Below, in pieces: positions 28,330-37,979 of a stretch of 48,420 nucleotides of DNA (the first letter of the stretch is position 1; each line of letters begins with the position of its first letter). The translations under genes were made by a program, and so were the position numbers. The notes under the pieces were generated by a model. It did not search any database. It had not been told where the DNA came from and was given only the letters and a program-made list of their open reading frames with translations. This DNA comes from Dehalococcoidia bacterium. GTDB taxonomy: Bacteria; Chloroflexota; Dehalococcoidia; Lucifugimonadales; HRBIN23. The stretch lies in contig JBKBKV010000004.1 of assembly GCA_046294495.1 (NCBI GenBank), forward strand, positions 12,498-60,917, given 5' to 3'.

Positions 28330-28460
28330 GGCGTGCTCCTGAGGGAAGGTCTCCTCTCATTTTAACAGATAGGGGAAGGTGGCTTGGGAAGGCTGGCTTG
28401 CCAGCAGGGACGAAAAGCGCTACTATCGTGCACTGGGCACTACCCTATTGGGAGGTCTAG

Positions 28461-29672
28461 ATGGAACAAGTTACCGCGCCACCGCGCACCGGTGTGCGGG
28501 CCGGACGCATCTTCCTGCTGGTGGGCCTTACCCTAGGCCACGCCATTATCCACTGGTATCAACAGTCCTTCGTCATCCTCCTTCCGGAGATGAAGCAGAG
28601 CCTGGGGCTAGACCCTGTGCAAACAGGAGCGCTCTCCAGCGTGCGGGCCATCTCTGGTGGGGCGGCCAATGTGCCAGCCGGCTTCATCTCGGACCTCTTC
28701 CGCCGGCAGGGGGCAATTATTCTGGCAGTGAGTATGGCCTGGATAGGGCTGGCCTACCTGTTAGTGGGGATTGCCCCTACCTATGCACTGCTGGTGCCGG
28801 CTGTAGCCCTGGTAGGGATGGGAGGTGCAATCTGGCACCCACCGGCCATCGCCGTTCTTTCGCGGCGGTGGGCCGACCGTAGGGGCTTCGCTGTGGGCCT
28901 CCACGGTGTGGGGGGGAGCATCGGCGATACCCTGGCTCCATTAGCAGTAGGGGTGCTTCTCCTAACCCTCTTCTGGCGCACCTTACTACACTTCTATGCC
29001 ATACCAGCGGTGCTCCTGGCGTTGGGTGTGTGGTGGTTCCTGCGCACCGGCTACCAGGAAGGGGGAGAAAAGCCCTCCCTTCGCGGGTATTTCGGCGCCG
29101 CGGGAAAGGTGTTGACCAACAAAGTTATTCTGGTGCTCCTGGTTGTGGCGGGGGTTAGGGCTATGGGCCAGGCGGCCCTCCTTACCTTCCTCCCTATCTA
29201 CCTGCGGGAAGACCTTGACTACTCATCGGCCTTCGCCGGCCTGATGCTTAGCATCCTGACCTTTATGGGCATCGGCTCACAGCCTGCCCTTGGGTGGATT
29301 TCGGACCGCCTGGGACGGAAAGCGGTGCTGGTGCCCGGCCTGGCATTGCTGGCCCTCTTCGCCCTGCTTCTGGCGTGGGCGCGTCCCGGCTGGGAACTGG
29401 TCGCGGTTATTGTGGGACTAGGGCTGTTCTTCTACGCCCTGCAGGCTACTATTGTGGCAGCTGCAATGGACGCCACCGCTCGGGGGGCTGAAGCCACATC
29501 CGTAAGCCTTATCTTCGGAGGCACTTTTATCTTCTCTTCTGCGTCGCCCGTTATCGCCGGGGCGGCTGCCAAGGCGTGGGGGCTTACCAGCGTTTTCTAC
29601 TACGCCGCCGCCCTCTATGCCCTCTCTATGTTGCTGGTGCTATCTACGCCCCTGCGTCGGGCGCAGCCCTAG
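28461..29672 (+). CDS. MFS transporter (Fsr-like)
   Basis: About 12 hydrophobic segments, motif A GFISDLFRR / GWISDRLGRK, WHP, HGVGGSIG. Confidence 0.9.
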   Translation: MEQVTAPPRTGVRAGRIFLLVGLTLGHAIIHWYQQSFVILLPEMKQSLGLDPVQTGALSSVRAISGGAANVPAGFISDLFRRQGAIILAVSMAWIGLAYLLVGIAPTYALLVPAVALVGMGGAIWHPPAIAVLSRRWADRRGFAVGLHGVGGSIGDTLAPLAVGVLLLTLFWRTLLHFYAIPAVLLALGVWWFLRTGYQEGGEKPSLRGYFGAAGKVLTNKVILVLLVVAGVRAMGQAALLTFLPIYLREDLDYSSAFAGLMLSILTFMGIGSQPALGWISDRLGRKAVLVPGLALLALFALLLAWARPGWELVAVIVGLGLFFYALQATIVAAAMDATARGAEATSVSLIFGGTFIFSSASPVIAGAAAKAWGLTSVFYYAAALYALSMLLVLSTPLRRAQP

Positions 29673-29725
29673 AGAGCATCCGCCCCTTCCAATAACTTCC
29701 TGAGGGGGGAAAACGGCGTCTCCCT

Positions 29726-30862
29726 TTATGACGATAGGGCGGCCCGCAGACGCTCAGCGACGATGCGGTCTTCACCCTCCCGAAGGGTGTGCACGGCGAC
29801 AAACAAATGGTTCCCATCAGCCCGCACACGGATGCTGGGGTTGCCCTGTCGGAGGGCCTGCTGGACAGCGCCAGCGGTGTGGCCCAGAGCCTTCTCGTCC
29901 AGGCTAATCTGAAGCCGGAGCCACGGCCCCTGACGCTCCCACAGGCGCTGAACAGTGATATGGGGTAGCCCCTCCAGTGCCTTGGCAATGGTCTGGATAC
30001 GCCTCTCCTGAAGGGCGAAGCGCTCCTCGTGGTCCATACTAAACCACTCTTCCAATGCCACCACCGTGGCTATGACCTCCTGGCGGTCCACTTTGTAGCC
30101 CCTGCCAATGGAGCGATTGTCGTGGCTCTCATAGGCGATGAAGTTGTTGAGGGTGGCCGCCTCTACCAACTGCTTGCGCCCGCAGAGGACCCCTGAAGAG
30201 TGTGCAGAGCCGAAATACTTGGCCCCGAAGCACACCAGGTCAGCCCCGCTCTGGGGGAGCCACCGCATGCGCTCTAGGGGATACACTTCGGCAGCCGCAT
30301 CCACCAGAAGAGCCACACCCCGGTGGCGGGCGATGGCAGCGACCTCCGGTATAGAAAGGATGCCCTCATTGCCTTCGGCACGGGCCAAGTAAAGGATGCC
30401 CGCCGTTTGAGGGCCGATAGCCCCCTCCAGTTGGGCGGCTGTAGTTCCTCGCTCGTCCCCTACCTCTACCAGCCTCCCACCAGCCACCGTAACACAGCGG
30501 TCGTAATGGTAGCGCATGCGCTTCTGGATCAGGAACTCGTTCTTCATCCCGGTGGTGTCGGGAAGGCGGGCGATACGGTCGGCGTCCTTGCCGGTCATAA
30601 TGGCAGCGGCCCCCAGCACCAGGGCTGCATAGCAACCGGAGGTAACCAAGGCGGCCTCTGCCCCAAGGACGCTTGCTATAGCCCTGCCCGACTTGAGTAG
30701 CAGTTCCTCCATGTCCACATAGGCCTCGTTAGCCTCCTCCATGGCCTTCAGCACCCGAGGCCCTAGAATAGAGCCGCCTAGCAGGGTCATACTTCCTGCG
30801 GCGTTGATAACCGGGCGAATGCCAAGGGCCTCATACACACTTAGAGCCTGCCGAGCCCCCAT
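29726..30862 (-). CDS. SelA-like/DgaE-family PLP-dependent enzyme
   Basis: GIRPVINAAG..T.LGGS, VDAAAE, PLP lysine in FGAKYFG, IGRGYKV; shorter than true SelA. Confidence 0.8.
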   Translation of the reverse strand: MGARQALSVYEALGIRPVINAAGSMTLLGGSILGPRVLKAMEEANEAYVDMEELLLKSGRAIASVLGAEAALVTSGCYAALVLGAAAIMTGKDADRIARLPDTTGMKNEFLIQKRMRYHYDRCVTVAGGRLVEVGDERGTTAAQLEGAIGPQTAGILYLARAEGNEGILSIPEVAAIARHRGVALLVDAAAEVYPLERMRWLPQSGADLVCFGAKYFGSAHSSGVLCGRKQLVEAATLNNFIAYESHDNRSIGRGYKVDRQEVIATVVALEEWFSMDHEERFALQERRIQTIAKALEGLPHITVQRLWERQGPWLRLQISLDEKALGHTAGAVQQALRQGNPSIRVRADGNHLFVAVHTLREGEDRIVAERLRAALSS

Positions 30863-30953
30863 GTGTCCCCCTATTCCTTGTTGAGAAGATTATAAACGCA
30901 CTGCATAGGGGGATCAAGGTTACGAAGACGGTAAGGGCAGCGGAGCCTGCTCT

Positions 30954-32117
30954 CTAGCCTAGGCAAACGATGTCCTGCTGGACGGCGCTAGTAATCTCTG
31001 GGCCTTTGGCACCAAAGAAGACATCCACCTCCGAGCGCACGCCGAAGTCGGGCAAGTAGATCCCCGGCTCCACCGTAAAGCCAATGCCGGGCACAATACG
31101 GCGGGTGTCTTTTGTCTCCCATGAGTCCAGGTTTACCGCATCCCCGTGCACCGTGTGCCCCAGGCTGTGGCCCAGGCGGTGGGTAAACCACCTCCCATAG
31201 CCCGCCTGGGCAATGACCCGACGAGCAACCCTGTCCACCTGCCACCCCATTAGGAGTTGCCCCCTCTGCCACGCCTGTTGGAGGGCAGCTATAGCGGCAT
31301 CCCTGGCCAAGCAGACGACGCGGAAAACCTCCTGGTAGCGTGGCGGTGGTTGGGCGCCGGCATAGGCTACCCAAGTAATATCGGCGTAGACGGTGTCCTC
31401 GCCCTTCAGGCGTGCCCACAAGTCTATCAGAACCCAGTCGCCCCGGCGGATAGGGGCTGAAGCGGTGGGGGAGGGTTCATAGTGGGGATCGCTGGAGTGG
31501 GTATTGACAGCAACAATAGGCCCATCGGGGCTTTCCAGGCCCAAGTCGGCAAAGCGCTGACGGATGAAACGAGCGCACTCCCACTCCGTCAGCGCCCCCG
31601 ACAGGGCTCGTCTCAGGAAAGCGAAGGCCTCCTGCACAATTTGGGAAAGCAGTCGCGCCGCCTCCCGGTGGGTATACTCCTGGGTGGGTGTCCACAGGAG
31701 AGCGGTCTCCTGAAATAAGTCGCCGGAGGGCACCACCTCTGGGCCGAACGCCCGCACCAACTCCACAGTGCCCGCGTCCACCCGCCCTACTCGAGGCAAG
31801 GCCCCCTGAGGGCTATATTCCATGGCCACCCTCCCCATTCCTTTCAGCCACCTATGTAAATGTCGCACCATATCCGCACGGCTGGCGAACACCCTTACAG
31901 GCAGACCTAGTCCACGGAACTTGCCGGCGTCCACGGCGTGCACCAGGAGCCGTGGGCGCCCCCTTGCTGGAACAAAGAGCCAGCATGGGCGTGTAACCAT
32001 GCCAACTCTACCTACAACCGCCCAGAACACAGGATTTGTGCCCAGATAGTCGTAAAGAAGCCAGGCATCTACCCGGTGCCTGCGGAGCCACCCCTGTGCC
32101 TTGCGTAGGACACTCAT
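30954..32117 (-). CDS. M24 family Xaa-Pro aminopeptidase
   Basis: PHY, metal ligands IDLWA, ADIT, HRLGHSLG, VEPGIY, VRSE; likely ATG 32117 with SD AAGGAGG. Confidence 0.9.
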   Translation of the reverse strand: MSVLRKAQGWLRRHRVDAWLLYDYLGTNPVFWAVVGRVGMVTRPCWLFVPARGRPRLLVHAVDAGKFRGLGLPVRVFASRADMVRHLHRWLKGMGRVAMEYSPQGALPRVGRVDAGTVELVRAFGPEVVPSGDLFQETALLWTPTQEYTHREAARLLSQIVQEAFAFLRRALSGALTEWECARFIRQRFADLGLESPDGPIVAVNTHSSDPHYEPSPTASAPIRRGDWVLIDLWARLKGEDTVYADITWVAYAGAQPPPRYQEVFRVVCLARDAAIAALQQAWQRGQLLMGWQVDRVARRVIAQAGYGRWFTHRLGHSLGHTVHGDAVNLDSWETKDTRRIVPGIGFTVEPGIYLPDFGVRSEVDVFFGAKGPEITSAVQQDIVCLG

Positions 32118-32387
32118 CCACAATGCCTCCTTTTTAGCCCTCCCGCCCGCCAGATTATCCAAAGCCCTGCCAGTGCACAAGACCTGATGGGATTATGAAT
32201 GGCGTGGGTGTGCCATTGTTCCCAATGGCCAGGGGGGAATATAATTTGACCAGGGGTGAAGCCACACCCCAGCCAGTATGGGGGACTGTTTACTGCACTT
32301 TTGCACCCGTAGTAAACCACCATCTTGGTGGCCAGGGGATTGGCGAGCCAGCGTAGGCAGTTGGGCCCGGGCCTTGGGGGTAAGCCT

Positions 32388-32876
32388 GTGCACACCGGAG
32401 CGGAGCATCGTCAGGAGGCGTGGGAACACTTCCGGAGAGGCTATGCGCTCCAGATGCAGGGGCGCTTAGAGGAGGCGGTGCGCGCCTACCAGCGCTCCCT
32501 TGATATATGCCCCACTCCAGAGGCATACACTTTCCTGGGATGGGCTCTCTCCTACCTGGGGCGCCTTGAAGAGGCTATCCAGTATTGTCAGAAGGCCATT
32601 GAACTAGACCCCGACTACGGCAACCCTTATAACGACATTGGAGCGTATCTCATTGAACTGGGGCGTCTGGACGAGGCCATCTCCTGGCTCCAGCGGGCCT
32701 TGCGCGCCCGTCGCTACGACCACTACTGCTTTCCGTGGATGAACCTTGGGCGTATCTGGGAGCGCAAAGGGCAGTGGCATCGGGCAATAAAGTGCTACAA
32801 GATGGCCCTGGAGTGCGACCCCTGCTATAAGCCCGCCGCCAGGGCATTGGCCCGATTGCGTGGCCTGCTGAACTAA
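32388..32876 (+). CDS. Tetratricopeptide repeat protein
   Basis: About 4 TPRs (EAYTFLGWALSYLGRLEEAI..CQKAIELDPDYGNPYNDIG); start GTG 32388 or TTG 32325. Confidence 0.88.
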   Translation: MHTGAEHRQEAWEHFRRGYALQMQGRLEEAVRAYQRSLDICPTPEAYTFLGWALSYLGRLEEAIQYCQKAIELDPDYGNPYNDIGAYLIELGRLDEAISWLQRALRARRYDHYCFPWMNLGRIWERKGQWHRAIKCYKMALECDPCYKPAARALARLRGLLN

Positions 32877-32923
32877 TACCCTCTCCGTGGCGCACCTGCC
32901 TGGCCCACAGCCCTGCAACGGAT

Positions 32924-32952
32924 TAGACAAGACTAGCGAGGGTTGGTAGGCT
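32924..32952 (+). promoter_or_regulatory. sigma70 promoter of tldD-tldE
   Basis: TAGACA-17 bp-TAGGCT with extended -10 TG; SD AAAGGAGG follows. Confidence 0.5.
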
Positions 32953-32971
32953 GTGTAAAGGAGGTTCACCT

Positions 32972-34536
32972 ATGAGCATAGGGGTGGAATCGCTGGATGC
33001 CGCTGTGTCTGTGGCCGAACAGGTGGCAACCCAAGCGCGCCGCCTACGCGGGTGCGTTCACTGTGATATACGCCTTAGTGCGGCGGAGATACGCACCTGC
33101 ATCGCCGAAAACGGTGTAGAGAAGGCTAGCAACGCCGATTGCCATCTTGGGTTGGGGGTGCGTGTGGTGGCCCAGGACGGGGGCGCGGCCCCAGGGTTCT
33201 ACGGCCGGGTTATAGGTAGCGCCGACTTGGGCAACATCTACTCTGTGATTAAGGAAGCGGTGCGCCACGCCTACGCCCGTGCCCGTGCTAACGCTCAACA
33301 AAAACGCCCCGGGTGGCTGCCGCCTTTGGGACCTTGGGCAGGAGCCTATCCTCCCTTCCTCTGGCACCCGTGCCTGTGGTGCGCACCCGCATATCCCCTG
33401 TCTTCCGTATTGACCCCTGTTCGGTGCCCCTGGAGGAGGTGGTGCGCCTCGTTACCCGCGCCTCCCGGACCGCTGGTGCGGTCAGCCCGCAGGTAGCCTT
33501 TAACACCGTCATCGGTGCCACCTCCCTGGTGCGGGAGTTCTTTGCCAGTTCAGAAGGGTCCTCCATTGACCGCACATACGCCCTCAGCGAGGGCCTGGTG
33601 TTCGTGGCCTCCAGTGGAGCGACAGGGCCTCTGGATCTTTACGACTTCACTGGCCACCAGCGAGGGTGGGAGGTGCTCACCGATGGATACCACAACGCCT
33701 ACATCCACCTGGAGCCACTGGAGGAGTTCGCCCGACGGGTGGCCGCCACCGCTGTGGAGGTCTCCAGCGCTCCACCCCTGCGCCCTGCAGAGGGGGAAGT
33801 TGTAGTGGTAACAGACCCCCACTTCAACGCCCTGGTGTGCCACGAGGTGGTGGGGCATCCCTCGGAACTGGATAGGGCGCTAAAGATGGAAACGGCCTAC
33901 GCCGGCCGTTCCTGGCTTTTCAAAGACCCCCAGGAGAACATGCTGGGCAAGCAGGTGGCCTCCCCCCTGGTCAGCGTGGTGTCGGACCCCACGATGGAGG
34001 GGTTTGGCTCTTACCCCTACGACCACGAAGGCACCCCAGCGCGGCGGGTGTGGAACATCCGCAATGGCATCTACACCGAGTTCCTCTCCAGCCGGCAGAC
34101 AGCCCCTTTCCTGGGCCTGGAGAGCAACGGCCACTATATGGCTGTCAGTGCTTTCGTGGTGCCCCTCATCCGCATGTCCAACACCGCCTTCTTGGGAGGC
34201 GACAAAGACCCGCAAGACATCATCCGAGAGGTGGAGCAAGGCTGGTATGTGGTGGGGCATCGCATTCCTTCGGTGGCCGAGAGCCGGGAGAACTTCCGCA
34301 TTTCTGCCGTCAAGGTCTATGAAATCCGCCATGGGCAGGTGGGGCAACTCTATCGTGACGGGGCGGTGATGGCGGACAGCCGCGACTTCTTCATGCGCAT
34401 TGACGCCGTTGGCAACGATTTCCGCCTCTTCCCCATCCCCAACTGCGGCAAGGGACAGCCCATGCAACCCAAACGCATGAGCAACGGCGGCCCCACGCTG
34501 CGCAGTGTGGCACGCCTGACGGGAACAGGGAGATGA
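32972..34536 (+). pseudogene. tldD: TldD family metalloprotease split by a -1 frameshift near 33300 (real or sequencing error)
   Basis: N-terminal domain in frame 32972, catalytic half (CHEVVGHPSELD, RMSNT, CGKGQPMQ, GGPT) in the -1 frame; A5 run at 33300-33304. Confidence 0.8.
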
Positions 34537-34539
34537 ACT

Positions 34540-34701
34540 GTGGGGCCTTTTTGCCGCATCGCCATCGGCGACCCGGAGGGTTCTCGCTTTGAGGAAATAG
34601 AAGCCCTGGTAGATACAGGGGCCTCTTACACCCTTGTCCCACCCAGACATCTACGGCGCTTGGGGGCAGGCTCTGAACTGTCATTAGGAGGAGATAGATG
34701 A
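34540..34701 (+). pseudogene. Truncated clan AA (retropepsin-like) aspartic protease, 53 aa
   Basis: Manual translation VGPFCRIAIGDPEGSRFEEIEALVDTGASYTLVPPRHLRRLG...; ALVDTGA active-site motif, C-terminal half missing. Confidence 0.7.
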
Positions 34702-36266
34702 TTCCCATTGCACACCTAAAGCGCGCCGTGCAGGAGGGGTTGGCCTACCTGCACGCCCAGCCCGATGTGCAGGAGGCGGAGGTGTTTGCCGCCTCGAATG
34801 GTTCCCTCTTCGCACGCCTCAACTACACCTCCCACATCCCCTGCAACGGAGTGGAGGAACCCAAGTCCCAGGAGTCGTATGGGGTTGCGGTGCGTGTCCT
34901 CTTCCGGGGCGAGGACATACCCCGTTTTGGCCTTGGCTCCGAGCCGAGCAATCTTTCTCTGGAGGGGATAAAGCGAGCACTGGAAAAGGCGCGTCGCGGG
35001 GCAGTGCGCGACCCAGACCGCGCCTCCCTGCCACGCCCCACTGGGGAGAAGCGACGCCTGCGCCGTTACCACGACCCATTGCTTATGCGCCTGCGCGACC
35101 GGGACTTGGTGCAGGTGGGTTGGATGGCTGTGGAGGGCGCCCTGGGGGTCTTCCAGTCGGCAGAAGACCTGTTGACCCTGGTGGAGCGACCCGATGCCCT
35201 CCCCTCCCTGGGCCTCATCCTGGGAGGGGATGTAACCGTTTTGCAGGAGCGCATCGCGGTAGGCTCTACCCATATTCCTGTGGAAACTGACCAGTCCACC
35301 CTTGTGATGTCCTTCCTCACGGCGATGGTGGAGGCCCGCACGGGCAAAGGCTCCTCCTGGATGGTAGGGACCCGCCTGGGGGACTTCTCCCCAGAGCCAG
35401 GGGAGGAGTGCGCCCGCAACGCCATTCGGGCTATGGACGGCGTGCGCGTGCCCGATGGGGAATATGCATGTGTCCTCGGCCCACAGGCGGTTACAGACCT
35501 ACTGAACCATATCATCGTTCCCAGCCTTACCCTGGGGGCCTTTTACGCCGGGGCGTCGGCCTTCCAGGGGAAACTCTCCAAGTCCATTGCCTCCCCCTTG
35601 CTAGACATGTGGGACGATGGGGCTGCCCCTGGTCTAGCAGGGAGCAAAGGCATTACCTGTGAAGGGCTTCCCACAGGGCGCACTGACCTGGTGCGCGAGG
35701 GGCGCCTGGTGGGGCTATTGACCGACTACTACAGGAGCCAGCAAATCCTTCGCGACCCCAACGGCCGTGCCAAATTGGGCGTAGACCCCGCAGAGGTGCG
35801 CACCCTCCTGGTGCCCCGCAACGGCTTCCGCTTCGCGTTTGGTGGGGGCAGACATCCAGAAGCACCAGTAGGCATCTTCGGCACCAATATCGTCGTATCT
35901 ACTAGCCAGCCCTGCACTCACCAGGAACTCCTGCAGAGGGTGGGCAATGGCCTCTACATTGGGCGCATCTGGTATACCTACCCCATCAACGGCCTGGCCG
36001 CTGGCGACTTTACATGCACAGTGGTAGGGGATTCATACCTCATCAGGGATGGCCGGCGAGACAAGCCCATTAAGCCCAACACTATCCGCATCAACGACAC
36101 CATCCATCGGGTCCTACAAGGCATCGTAGGGGTTGGGGGCACGCCTCGGGGCACACTGGTGTGGGCCGCCGACAGCATTATGTATACCCCAGAGGTGGCT
36201 GTGCAGAGGCTCCAAGTGCGGGAGATCGCCGGGTTTATGGAGACGGTCTATCCCAGCCGCGGCTAA
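34698..36266 (+). CDS. TldE/PmbA family protein
   Basis: LGPQAV, WDDG, TCEGLPTGRTDLVREGRLVG, GLYIGRIW, GDFT; no HExxxH; partner of upstream tldD. Confidence 0.85.
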   Translation: MIPIAHLKRAVQEGLAYLHAQPDVQEAEVFAASNGSLFARLNYTSHIPCNGVEEPKSQESYGVAVRVLFRGEDIPRFGLGSEPSNLSLEGIKRALEKARRGAVRDPDRASLPRPTGEKRRLRRYHDPLLMRLRDRDLVQVGWMAVEGALGVFQSAEDLLTLVERPDALPSLGLILGGDVTVLQERIAVGSTHIPVETDQSTLVMSFLTAMVEARTGKGSSWMVGTRLGDFSPEPGEECARNAIRAMDGVRVPDGEYACVLGPQAVTDLLNHIIVPSLTLGAFYAGASAFQGKLSKSIASPLLDMWDDGAAPGLAGSKGITCEGLPTGRTDLVREGRLVGLLTDYYRSQQILRDPNGRAKLGVDPAEVRTLLVPRNGFRFAFGGGRHPEAPVGIFGTNIVVSTSQPCTHQELLQRVGNGLYIGRIWYTYPINGLAAGDFTCTVVGDSYLIRDGRRDKPIKPNTIRINDTIHRVLQGIVGVGGTPRGTLVWAADSIMYTPEVAVQRLQVREIAGFMETVYPSRG

Positions 36267-37681
36267 AGGGCAGGGTGACGCAAGTGCCACGGAGTGGCCT
36301 GCTGGTAGGCGTGCGCCACCTTGAGCACCAGGGCCTCCTCCCACCAGCGTCCCATAACCTGCAGGCCGATGGGCAGACCGTTGCGGGAGAACCCGCAGGG
36401 CACCGATACAGCCGGCTGGCCGGTGAGGTTGCAAGGGCGTGTAAGGCTCCCTACGGTGTCCACAATGCGCACCTCGCGCCCGCGCAGGAACACGTGCTCC
36501 TGCTCCAGGCGCGGGGCCGGATAGGGGCAAGTGGGACCCACCAGCACATCCACCCTCTGCAATACTTCCTGCATCTGCTGAATCAGAAGGCGGCGGGCCT
36601 GCTGAGCCTTCAGATACTGGACGGCTGTGGTCAGCATCCCCTGGGTGAGGCGCTCTTTGCACTCGGGGCCGTAGTCTTGCATACGGGAGGGGAACCACTG
36701 GGTGTGGACGGCGGCCGCCTCGGTCCAGGAGATGATGGCGCCGGCGTGGGATGCGTCTCTCAGATAGGGGAGAGACACCTCCTCCACAGAGCACCCCAAC
36801 TCCGCCAGCACCTCCACAGCCCTCCGCACCGCCGAGAGCACCTCCTCATCGGCATCTTCAAAGAATAGTTCCCTGGGCACGCCTACGCGGACACCCTTCA
36901 ATTTGCCATCCAGCGCCCGCAGGTAGTTAGGCACCCGCACAGTGGCTGTAGCAGGGTCTTTGGGGTCGTGGCCGGCGATAGCCTGCAGAACCACAGCGGC
37001 GTCCTCAACAGTGCGTGTCAGAGGACCGGTGTGGTCTAAAGACCAGGACAGCACAACCACTCCATATTTGGAGACGCGCCCGAAGGTGGGCTTTACGCCC
37101 ACCGCCCCGCACAAGGCCGAGGGAATACGGATAGACCCTCCGGTGTCGGAGCCCATGCCCACATAAGCCAGGCCCGCCACCACGCCCGCCCCTGACCCCG
37201 CGGATGACCCTCCGGGCAGATGCTCCAAATTCCACGGGTTGTGGGCTGGGCCGAAGTGAACATTCTTGCCGTGACCGCCCATGGCAAACTCGGTGGTATG
37301 GGTCTTGCCCACCAGCACAGCCCCCGCCTCTTGGAAGCGCTGGGCTACAGTGCAGTCCTCCTGAGGCACAAAGTCCGATAGTATGCGGGAGCCAGCCGTT
37401 GTGCGCACCCCCTTTGTCCAGTAGAGGTCTTTGAGGGCGATGGGGATGCCGTGGAGCATCCCCCGGTATTCCCCTCGGGCGATGGCACTCTCGGCCTGGC
37501 GGGCCTGCTGGAGGGCATCTTCCTCCAGCACGGTGATGAAGGCGTTGAGACGGGGGTTGAGGCGGCGGATACGCTCTAGATGCGCCTGGACAACCTCAAC
37601 AGGGGATGCAGCCTTGCGCCGAATCAGGCGTGCGACCTGGGGAATGGTGAGCCAGCAAAGGTCTTGGTCAATCCGGGACAT
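36263..37681 (-). CDS. Amidase signature family enzyme (GatA-like)
   Basis: HGIPIALKD, GGSSAGS, GSDTGGSIRIPS (Lys-cisSer-Ser triad); ATG 37681 with SD AAGGAGG; no gatB nearby. Confidence 0.92.
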   Translation of the reverse strand: MSRIDQDLCWLTIPQVARLIRRKAASPVEVVQAHLERIRRLNPRLNAFITVLEEDALQQARQAESAIARGEYRGMLHGIPIALKDLYWTKGVRTTAGSRILSDFVPQEDCTVAQRFQEAGAVLVGKTHTTEFAMGGHGKNVHFGPAHNPWNLEHLPGGSSAGSGAGVVAGLAYVGMGSDTGGSIRIPSALCGAVGVKPTFGRVSKYGVVVLSWSLDHTGPLTRTVEDAAVVLQAIAGHDPKDPATATVRVPNYLRALDGKLKGVRVGVPRELFFEDADEEVLSAVRRAVEVLAELGCSVEEVSLPYLRDASHAGAIISWTEAAAVHTQWFPSRMQDYGPECKERLTQGMLTTAVQYLKAQQARRLLIQQMQEVLQRVDVLVGPTCPYPAPRLEQEHVFLRGREVRIVDTVGSLTRPCNLTGQPAVSVPCGFSRNGLPIGLQVMGRWWEEALVLKVAHAYQQATPWHLRHPAL

Positions 37682-37717
37682 AGCGCCTCCTTCTTGCCCG
37701 TTCACCCCCTATAGGGT

Positions 37718-37921
37718 CTAGGGCCGTTCCCGAGGGGGAACTGGGAGCGGAGCGATAAAGGCGGGCTCCACATCGTGCAAGGGAATGGTCTCCAGACGGC
37801 TCAGACGCTCCCGAAGGGATTTCCAGAGGGGCACCAATCCTTGTAAGCCTTCGGGATGCAAGTCCAGGCCCACCCACCGGGCTATGGCTTCCAAGGTCGC
37901 CAGATCGGGCATCTCGGTCAT
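37718..37921 (-). CDS. Small GatC/AtzG-like amidase accessory subunit
   Basis: 67 aa, IARWVGLDL...L..L..I.L.DVEPAF pattern, immediately upstream of the amidase; SD AGGAGG. Confidence 0.65.
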   Translation of the reverse strand: MTEMPDLATLEAIARWVGLDLHPEGLQGLVPLWKSLRERLSRLETIPLHDVEPAFIAPLPVPPRERP

Positions 37922-37979
37922 AGTTTCCTCCTGGGTGCCGATGCCTACTTTGCCCTAAGGCAAGGCGGCTGTCAAGGTG

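Noticed and set aside
29726-30862. Calling the PLP enzyme selA and linking it to the selenoprotein
   Set aside because: Too short, lacks SelA-specific N-terminus and motifs, and no selB/selC adjacent
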